A stretch of DNA of 64,000 bases, taken from the NCBI GenBank assembly GCA_046290465.1, contig JBKAGP010000001.1, positions 6,432,001 through 6,496,000 on the forward strand, written 5' to 3'. Below, in pieces: positions 46,337-53,298 of the stretch; the first letter of the stretch is position 1; each line of letters opens with the position of its first letter. Both the position numbers and the translations under genes were made by a program. A model generated the notes under the pieces. That model was not told where the DNA came from. It ran no database searches and worked only from the letters and a program-made list of their open reading frames with translations. Source of the stretch: Planctomycetota bacterium (GTDB lineage: Bacteria > Planctomycetota > UBA1135 > UBA2386).

Positions 46337-47380
46337 ATGACTGAACAAGACGACATTGATCCGAACATCGATCAGGGCACCGAGACCGCGGTCGGCCTCG
46401 GCAAGGGCCTGGACGTGGGCACCGCGAACCTGGCGGCGGCCGTGCAGAACGACGAAGGCGGCATCACCGTCAACGTCGAGCGCAACGCGTTCCTGGACAT
46501 CCCGAGCGACGTTTACAGCAAGAACATGCTGACGAAGCTCAAGGTCCCGTACGTCGTGCACAACGGCAAGCTGGTCGTGATCGGCGAGGCGGCGTTCGAG
46601 CTGGCCAACGTCTTCGGCCGCGAGACCCGCCGCCCGATGGCGGACGGCCTGGTCAGCCCGAACGAGCAGGACGCGCTGCCGATGATGAAGATGATCATCC
46701 AGAAGATCCTGGGCGAGCCCCAGGAGCCGGGTGAGAACTGCTACTTCTGCGTGCCGGCCGAGTCGCTGGACGTCGACAACAACGTCGTCTACCACCAGGG
46801 CCTGTTCGAGAGCATGATCAGCAAGCTCGGCTACAAGGCCCACGCGATCAACGAAGCCCACGCGGTGATCTTCTCGGAACTGGCCGAGAACGACTTCACC
46901 GGCATCGGCCTCTCGTTCGGCGGCGGCATGGCCAACGCCTGCATCGCCTACAAGTCGATCCCGTGCCTGTCGTTCTCGGTGGCGCGCGGCGGCGACTGGA
47001 TCGACAAGAACGTGTCGAGCGTGCTGGGCGTCCCGCGCAGCAAGGCGACGGCGATCAAGGAGCGCGGCATCGACATCCGCGATCCCAAGAGCCGCGAGGA
47101 GGAGGCGGTCGCGATCTACTACCGCAGCCTGATCAACTACGTGCTCGAGAACATCAAGTCGCGCTTCGAGTCGGGCCAGAACATGCCCAGCTTCAACGAG
47201 CCGATCGACATCGCCTGCGCTGGCGGCACGTCGATGGTCGGCGGCTTCATCGAGGTCTTCCGCGAGGAGTTCGCGAAGATCGACTTCCCGATCCCGGTCG
47301 GTCGCATCTTCCGCAGCGAAGAGGCCCTGACGGCGGTGGCGAAGGGCTGCCTGGTCGCCGCGGCGATCGGCGAAGAGTAG
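46337..47380 (+). CDS. Actin-like ATPase resembling haloarchaeal volactin
   Basis: Actin-fold motifs: phosphate-1 GLDVGTAN, connect INEAHAV, phosphate-2 GLSFGGGMAN, ARGGDWID, adenosine AGGTS and C-terminal VAKGCL. Confidence 0.82.
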   Translation: MTEQDDIDPNIDQGTETAVGLGKGLDVGTANLAAAVQNDEGGITVNVERNAFLDIPSDVYSKNMLTKLKVPYVVHNGKLVVIGEAAFELANVFGRETRRPMADGLVSPNEQDALPMMKMIIQKILGEPQEPGENCYFCVPAESLDVDNNVVYHQGLFESMISKLGYKAHAINEAHAVIFSELAENDFTGIGLSFGGGMANACIAYKSIPCLSFSVARGGDWIDKNVSSVLGVPRSKATAIKERGIDIRDPKSREEEAVAIYYRSLINYVLENIKSRFESGQNMPSFNEPIDIACAGGTSMVGGFIEVFREEFAKIDFPIPVGRIFRSEEALTAVAKGCLVAAAIGEE

Positions 47381-47438
47381 CGTCGAAGAGCGGGTCGGCC
47401 GGGCAGCCCGCCACCGGGCGGGCGCAGCGGGCCGACGA

Positions 47439-47470
47439 AGCCGGCGGACGGAGCAGCCGGCGGACGGAGC
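47439..47470. repeat. 16-bp direct tandem duplication (AGCCGGCGGACGGAGC x2)
   Basis: Read directly from the intergenic sequence. Confidence 0.85.
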
Positions 47471-47472
47471 AG

Positions 47473-47511
47473 AAGGGCGCGACGGGGCCGGGCGGTCCCG
47501 GTCGCGCCCTT
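47473..47511. terminator. GC-rich hairpin between convergent genes (possible terminator)
   Basis: 11-bp inverted repeat AAGGGCGCGAC...GTCGCGCCCTT; no clear U-tract. Confidence 0.35.
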
Positions 47512-47531
47512 GCTGCATCGAGGCGTGAGGC

Positions 47532-50504
47532 TCAGAGCTTCAGCCGCACCCGCAGCCAGCTGCTGATCTCGCGCTCCTCGGGCAGCACCGGGTCGAACGA
47601 GAACGCGGCGACGTACAGGTCGAGCCCGGCGAGGAACGGGATCGGCGGCACGAAGAGCTTGGGGGCGGCGCTGGCTGCGCCGTCCAGCGTGCCGCCGAAG
47701 TCCTGGAACACCGGACTCGGGATCAGGCTCGCCTGCAGGATGCCGCCGTCGCGCAGCGGCAGCACGCCGCCGAGCGGCAGCGTGATCGGCGGGTCGATCG
47801 CTTCGCTCAGCGCACAGACGAACGGCATGCCGGCCTCGCCCGGCAGCCGCAGGTCGAACGTCGCCTGCTGGCCCATGGTCACGTCGGTCGCGCCGCCGAG
47901 CCGCTGGCCGTCGAGCAGGAACGCCATCGTCTGCTGCAGCAGCTGCGCGCGCACGTCGTCGTCGAGCAGCGTCTCGAGCGGCACGCCGAGCACGCAGATG
48001 CGCGCACCGGAGCCCGGCTGCACCGTTTGCACACCGGCGCCCAGTCCGTTGCCGTAGCGCAGGCAGGTCGCGCCGTTGGCGGTGGTCGGCACCAGTACGT
48101 CCGGGAAGTCGACGTCGTAGGTCGGGCCGCTGCCGTCGTCGAACGCGGTCGCCGCGACGCCTTCGCTGACGGTGCCGGGGACGCCTGCCTGCAGCGTGTA
48201 GGTGCCGGCGTCGTCGGCGACGTAGGTCGCGCCGAGCGTGTTGCGGAAGAAGGTGCGGTCGCCGGCCGAGCCGAGCCAGTCGAGGTCCCAGCCGACCTCG
48301 GCACCGGTCACCAGCAGCGCGCCGCCGCCGTTGAGGTAGAGCGTCAGCGCGAACTGCTCGACGGTGTCGAGCGTCTCGTCGTCGGTGCTCTCCTCGCCGA
48401 GGCTCCAGACCACCGCGTCGTAGTCGTTGAGCGCGACCCTTCCGAGCTTGACGGCCTCGTTGCTGGCGGCGTCGAAGCCGAGCGAGAAGCGGGCGTCGCG
48501 GCGCAGCGCGGAGCCGAAGCGCGCCAGGTAGTCGCGCGTGTTCTCCGGGCCCTTGACGGTGCGGCCGAGGCGGTCGAAGCCCTGCACCAGCAGCGCCTGC
48601 GCGGTCGCCAGGTGGTCGGTGCCGGCGGTCAGCACCTCGGTCGGGAACGACCGGCCGGTCTGGTTCCACGCCCGCACCCGGAACGAACGGCTGCTGTGGT
48701 GCGGCAGCGGGCCGGTCGACCACGACAGCGTCGTGACGTTGGCGACCTCGACGAAGCCCTTGCCGTCGAGCGACTGCTCGACCGTGTAGAAGGTCGCGCC
48801 GGGGGCGGTGTCCCACGCGACCTGCAGGCCGCGGTTGCCGTCCTGGGTGACGCGCAGCGCCGTCGGCGGCTCGGGCGGGAACGGCGCCAGCGGCGCGAAG
48901 TAGCGCAGCACGCCGCGGGCGTAGGCGCGCGCCGCCAGGTAGCGGAACTCCGGCTCGTGCAGCGAGTCGTGGTCCAGGGAGCCGGGCGTGTCGTGGAACG
49001 CCATCTCGACCAGGATCCCGGGCATGCTGCTCAGCAGCCGCAGTTCGCCGAAGTTGGCCTGCTGCTGGCCGCGGTCGACCCAGCTCGGGTTCCACTCGTT
49101 GCGCAGGTCGTTGATGATCTGCGTGTGCACGGCGTTGCTCAGCGCCGCGGAACCGGCGGTCGCGCCGCCCGAGTAGGTGAACGTGTCGGTGCCGCTGCCA
49201 CCGCCGGCGTTGGTGTGCAGCGACACGAACGCGTCGGCGGTGCGCCACTCGGCGAACCGCGGCCGCGCGGTGACGTCGTCGCTGTTGTCCTGGCCGCCGG
49301 CGACCGAGTTGTAGACCGACGCCGGCGCGCCGGCGAACTGCGCCCAGTAGCGCGCGCACTCGCGCCAGCGTTCCTGCAGCGACGTCGTGCCGCCGCGCAC
49401 GATCGAACCTAGGCCGCCGCCGAGCCGCACCGCGTCGGCGATCACGACGCCCGGGCTCGGCGAGCGGTCGCTGAGCGTGACCGTCGCGCCCTGCTGCGCG
49501 GTGAACCAGTAGTTGCCGAGGTGGGCCCAGGTCAGGTTGTCGACGGTCTGGTCGACCGTGACCTCGTCGACGCCGCCGCTGTGCTGCACCCGGTAGATGG
49601 CCTCCGGGGTGCGGTTGCCGCTGGCGCGGAACCACGCGAACACCGGGTAGAGGCCGTCCTCGGCGACCGGGATCTGCCAGGTCGCCGTGGCGGTCTCGAC
49701 GGTGGGGTTGCTGCTGGCGAAGCGGTAGGTCGAGTTCTGGTAGCCCGACGACGCCGACGTGCTCCAGCCGCCGGTCTCGGTGTAGGCCGGCGCGCCCTGG
49801 TCGTTGTCGGCCAGCCCGTCGACCGCGCGTTCGCCGGGTTCGCGGCAGAACACGACGTCGGCGCCCATGTTCTGCAAGAACGGGATCAGGTAGCGGTTGG
49901 CGATCTGGGCGGTGTGGATGTCCTCGATCAGGCCGCCGATGTTGCCGCGCTGGGTGGTCCAGCCGAGCGACGAGTGCCAGTAGTAGCCGTGGCCGGGCGA
50001 CACCGCGATGCGCTTGCCGGCGAGCGAGCCGAACGAGGCGACCAGTGACGCACCCGGCTGCGCCTGGCCCTGGCCCGGCTGCGGCAGCGGCGGTCGGCCG
50101 AGCGCCTCGCCGAGTTCGACGACCGAGCCGTCGTCGCGCTGCACGTGGATCTCGCAGCGGGACACGCCGGCGGCGGCGAGCACGGTCTTGTCGATCTGTT
50201 CGACCGCGTGCTCGCGCTCACAGCCGGGGGCCGCGCGCAACAGGTCGCTGCTGAACGTGACGCGCACGGTCGCGCCGGTGTGGCGGCAGGCGACCAGCCG
50301 GGTGCCGCGCGGCAGGTGGCTGCGCAGGCCCTGGGCCGCCTGGGCCGCGTCGGGACCGGCGCACAGCTGCCGCATCGCGGCTGCGACATCGGTGTGCAGC
50401 GGCGGCACGGCGCAGAGGTTGCGGTCGCGGAAGAACAGCACGTTCTGGGCGGTCAGGCACGTCGACGTGGCGAGCGTCGCGGCGAGCAGCGGAAGGAGGT
50501 GCAT
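47532..50504 (-). CDS. Secreted multidomain N-acetylmuramoyl-L-alanine amidase (Amidase_3) with CBM-like insert, FN3 and shared C-terminal domain
   Basis: IAVSPGHG..E, FVSLHTNA and GILVEMAFHD zinc motifs; VIADAVRLGGG (golvesin/xanthan-lyase-type CBM); FN3 (SFRVRAWNQTGRSFPTE). Confidence 0.85.
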   Translation of the reverse strand: MHLLPLLAATLATSTCLTAQNVLFFRDRNLCAVPPLHTDVAAAMRQLCAGPDAAQAAQGLRSHLPRGTRLVACRHTGATVRVTFSSDLLRAAPGCEREHAVEQIDKTVLAAAGVSRCEIHVQRDDGSVVELGEALGRPPLPQPGQGQAQPGASLVASFGSLAGKRIAVSPGHGYYWHSSLGWTTQRGNIGGLIEDIHTAQIANRYLIPFLQNMGADVVFCREPGERAVDGLADNDQGAPAYTETGGWSTSASSGYQNSTYRFASSNPTVETATATWQIPVAEDGLYPVFAWFRASGNRTPEAIYRVQHSGGVDEVTVDQTVDNLTWAHLGNYWFTAQQGATVTLSDRSPSPGVVIADAVRLGGGLGSIVRGGTTSLQERWRECARYWAQFAGAPASVYNSVAGGQDNSDDVTARPRFAEWRTADAFVSLHTNAGGGSGTDTFTYSGGATAGSAALSNAVHTQIINDLRNEWNPSWVDRGQQQANFGELRLLSSMPGILVEMAFHDTPGSLDHDSLHEPEFRYLAARAYARGVLRYFAPLAPFPPEPPTALRVTQDGNRGLQVAWDTAPGATFYTVEQSLDGKGFVEVANVTTLSWSTGPLPHHSSRSFRVRAWNQTGRSFPTEVLTAGTDHLATAQALLVQGFDRLGRTVKGPENTRDYLARFGSALRRDARFSLGFDAASNEAVKLGRVALNDYDAVVWSLGEESTDDETLDTVEQFALTLYLNGGGALLVTGAEVGWDLDWLGSAGDRTFFRNTLGATYVADDAGTYTLQAGVPGTVSEGVAATAFDDGSGPTYDVDFPDVLVPTTANGATCLRYGNGLGAGVQTVQPGSGARICVLGVPLETLLDDDVRAQLLQQTMAFLLDGQRLGGATDVTMGQQATFDLRLPGEAGMPFVCALSEAIDPPITLPLGGVLPLRDGGILQASLIPSPVFQDFGGTLDGAASAAPKLFVPPIPFLAGLDLYVAAFSFDPVLPEEREISSWLRVRLKL

Positions 50505-50536
50505 GGTGGCCGACGATACCGCGATAGACTGTTCGC

Positions 50537-51310
50537 GTGACGTGCGAAGCGTTCGAACGCGACGGCTTCGTCGGCCCGCTCGCGATGCTGTCGGCCGCAG
50601 AGCTCGACCGGGTGCGGTGCGCAGTCGCCGACGTCATCGCCGATCTGGACACGCACCGGCAGCGGCTCTACGAGGTCGAGCAGGCGTTCACCGAGCGCCC
50701 GGACGAGGTCGTCTGCCACTTCCTCGGCGGCTTCCGCGTGCACCCGGTGCTGCGCGAGCTGATCTTCCACCAGGGCATCACGTCGACGTGCGCCGCGCTG
50801 CTCGGCGTCGATCGGCTGCGGTTCTGGCACGACCAGGTGTTCGCCAAGCCGCCGCGGCATCCCGGGGTGGTGCCGTGGCACCAGGACTATTCATACTGGC
50901 GCCGGACCGCGCCGGCGCGCCACATCACCTGCAACCTGCTGCTCGACGACAGCGACGAGGCCAGCGGCTGCCTGCAGTTCGTACCGGGCAGCCACCGCTG
51001 GCCGCTGCTGCCGAGCCTGCCGTTCGACAGCGAACTCGAGGCGGTCCGCGCGCAGCTGCCGGCGGGAGCGTCGTTCGCCCCGCGGGCGGTGCCGGTGCCT
51101 GCCGGCAGTGCGACGTTCCACCACAGCCACACCCTGCACGGCAGCGACGCCAACCGCAGCGAGCGCTGGCGCCGCGCCGTCGTGCTCAACTACATGGCCG
51201 CCGACACGCGCGTCGCCGACGGTTCGCGGCCGCTGCTCGACGGGGTCCCGCTGCTGCCCGAGGGGGCGCTGGTCGAGGGCGACGACTTCCCGATCGTGTT
51301 CGAGCGCTGA
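50537..51310 (+). CDS. Phytanoyl-CoA dioxygenase family (Fe(II)/2OG) protein
   Basis: FERDGFV, PWHQDYSYW, GCLQFVPGSH and TLHGSDANRS..RRA motifs. Confidence 0.9.
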   Translation: MTCEAFERDGFVGPLAMLSAAELDRVRCAVADVIADLDTHRQRLYEVEQAFTERPDEVVCHFLGGFRVHPVLRELIFHQGITSTCAALLGVDRLRFWHDQVFAKPPRHPGVVPWHQDYSYWRRTAPARHITCNLLLDDSDEASGCLQFVPGSHRWPLLPSLPFDSELEAVRAQLPAGASFAPRAVPVPAGSATFHHSHTLHGSDANRSERWRRAVVLNYMAADTRVADGSRPLLDGVPLLPEGALVEGDDFPIVFER

Positions 51311-51325
51311 GCGGCCAGGCGCGCG

Positions 51326-51607
51326 TCACCGATCCGGCGATTCGACCAGGGCGCGCGACGCGGCCAGCACCTCGTCGAGGATGCGGGTCAGCTGTTCGGG
51401 CGAGAAGCCGTCGCCGGGAGCGGCGCGCAGCGCGGCGTGCAGCATCGCGCGTTCGCGCTCCGGGTCCTGCGTGGCCAGGCCGTGGTCGCGCTTGCAGCGG
51501 CCGATCTCGCGGGCCAGCGCGGCGCGCTCGTGCAGCACCGCCAGCAGCCGCTCGTGCAGTTCGTCCATGCGCGCGCGCAGGTCGTGCAGGTGGTCGGGGC
51601 TGCCCAT
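51326..51607 (-). CDS. Monofunctional chorismate mutase (AroQ type II)
   Basis: LHDLRARMDELHERLLAVLHERAALAREIGRCK...DPERE...ILDEVLAASR. Confidence 0.85.
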   Translation of the reverse strand: MGSPDHLHDLRARMDELHERLLAVLHERAALAREIGRCKRDHGLATQDPERERAMLHAALRAAPGDGFSPEQLTRILDEVLAASRALVESPDR

Positions 51608-51684
51608 CGTCGCCGCATGCTAGCAGCCGGCGTCTTGCCTGCACACGCCGCTGCGGCGGGGCCGTGGTCGGCTAGAATGGCGCG

Positions 51685-53223
51685 ATGCCTCGCCTCGCTG
51701 CCCGCCGGCTTCTTGCGGTGTCATTGCCTTCGGTGTCATTGCCTTCGGTGCCATTGCCTGCGGTGCCGTTCGCAGCGGTACCGTTCGCCGCGGCGCTGGT
51801 CGTCGGTCCGCTCACGGGCCAGCTGCCGCAATTCGTGCTCGATACCCCGCCGGCGATCCTGGCGCAGCAGTTCGACAACGTCAGCTGCGTCGACGTCGAC
51901 GGCGATGCGGACCTGGACCTGTTCGCCTACAGCAGCTTCGGCCTCGGCGGTGGCAGCATCCGGCTGCTGCGCAACGACGGCGGCAACGTCTTCACCGACG
52001 TCTCCGCGTCGCTGCCGATGCTCGGCAACGGCGCCACCGGCGTCAGCTGGTTCGACGCCGACGGCGACGGCGACCTCGACGCGTTCCTGACCGTCGTCTC
52101 CGCGCCGAGCATCGTGTTGCGCAACGTCGGCGGCGGGGCGTTCGTGATCGGCGCGCAGCTCGCCGGGGCGAGCGGCCAGACCGGCAGCGCCGTCGCCGAC
52201 TTCGACGGCGACGGCGACCTGGACGTCGCGGTGTCGGGCTCGGCGCTGATCAGTTCGCGCGACCGCGTGCTGCTCAACGACGGCACCGGGCAGTTCCCGA
52301 CCGAGGTGTTCCTCGGCGTGCCGCTCAGCAGCACGGTCGTCGCCGGCGACCTCGACCTCGACGGCGACGCCGACCTGGTCTACATCGACGCCGGCGCGGG
52401 GCTGCGCGTGCTGCGCAACGACGGCGCCAACGTGTTCACCGACGTCAGCGCGACCCAGGCGGTGATGCTGCCGGGCTCGGTGCCGTCGACCGGTGTCGGG
52501 CTCGACCTCGAGGGCGACGGCGACCTCGACCTGGTGCTGCGCGGTGGCTACCAGGGCAGCGACACTTTCGTGCGCAACGTCGGCGGCGTGCTGACCGAGA
52601 TCGGGCCGCTGCCCGGGCCGAGCAACAGCAGCTACCTCGCGGTCGGCGATGTCGACGGCGACGGCGCTCCGGACGTCGTGCGCGCGCTGCTGCCGTCCGG
52701 GATCGCGCTGTCGCGCAACGACGGCGTCGGCGGCTTCGTCGACGGCGCGGCGCGCATGCCGCCGCAGGTGATCTACTCGTGGGCGGTCGCGCTCGGCGAC
52801 CTCGACGGCGACGGCGACGAGGACCTCGTCAGCTGCCTGAGTGGCGCGGCGACCCTGGTGCTGCGCAACCGGGACGTCGACCTGCAGGTCGACGCCGCGG
52901 CGATCGGCCAGCCGTGGACGTGCCGGCTGCGATCGCGCCCGGGCTACGCGACCGGCGCCCAGCCGATGCGGCTGGCGGTCTCCCTGGCGCGGCTGCCGCA
53001 GGCCGTGACGCTGCCGGCCATCGGCCAGCTCTGGCTCGACCTGACCGCACCGCACGCGCTGTTCGACCAGGTCGCGCCGCCGGTCGACGGCACCGCGGTG
53101 TTCTCGCTGTCGATCCCGAACGATCCGGCGCTGGTCGGGGTGACCCTGCACGTGCAGGGACTGGTCGCGCGCGCGCCGGGACCGCCGCGGCTGACCGCGT
53201 GGCTCCCGGTGACGATCCAGTAG
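51685..53223 (+). CDS. Secreted FG-GAP/VCBS-repeat (beta-propeller) protein with shared C-terminal domain
   Basis: Seven D-x-DGDGDLD-type repeats; signal region expanded by 15-bp repeats; start uncertain. Confidence 0.85.
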   Translation: MPRLAARRLLAVSLPSVSLPSVPLPAVPFAAVPFAAALVVGPLTGQLPQFVLDTPPAILAQQFDNVSCVDVDGDADLDLFAYSSFGLGGGSIRLLRNDGGNVFTDVSASLPMLGNGATGVSWFDADGDGDLDAFLTVVSAPSIVLRNVGGGAFVIGAQLAGASGQTGSAVADFDGDGDLDVAVSGSALISSRDRVLLNDGTGQFPTEVFLGVPLSSTVVAGDLDLDGDADLVYIDAGAGLRVLRNDGANVFTDVSATQAVMLPGSVPSTGVGLDLEGDGDLDLVLRGGYQGSDTFVRNVGGVLTEIGPLPGPSNSSYLAVGDVDGDGAPDVVRALLPSGIALSRNDGVGGFVDGAARMPPQVIYSWAVALGDLDGDGDEDLVSCLSGAATLVLRNRDVDLQVDAAAIGQPWTCRLRSRPGYATGAQPMRLAVSLARLPQAVTLPAIGQLWLDLTAPHALFDQVAPPVDGTAVFSLSIPNDPALVGVTLHVQGLVARAPGPPRLTAWLPVTIQ

Positions 53224-53298
53224 CGACGGCTCGCCGGCGCGCGTGGTCGCCAGCCGTGGTTGCCTGCCGCGGCTGCCGCTGGTACGACCGTCCGCCAG

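Noticed and set aside
46337..47380. Annotation as mreB or ftsA
   Set aside because: Lacks the MreB-typical IDLGTANT/EPSVVA/DIGGGT strings and the mreCD or dcw context; the phosphate-2 motif is SFGGG.
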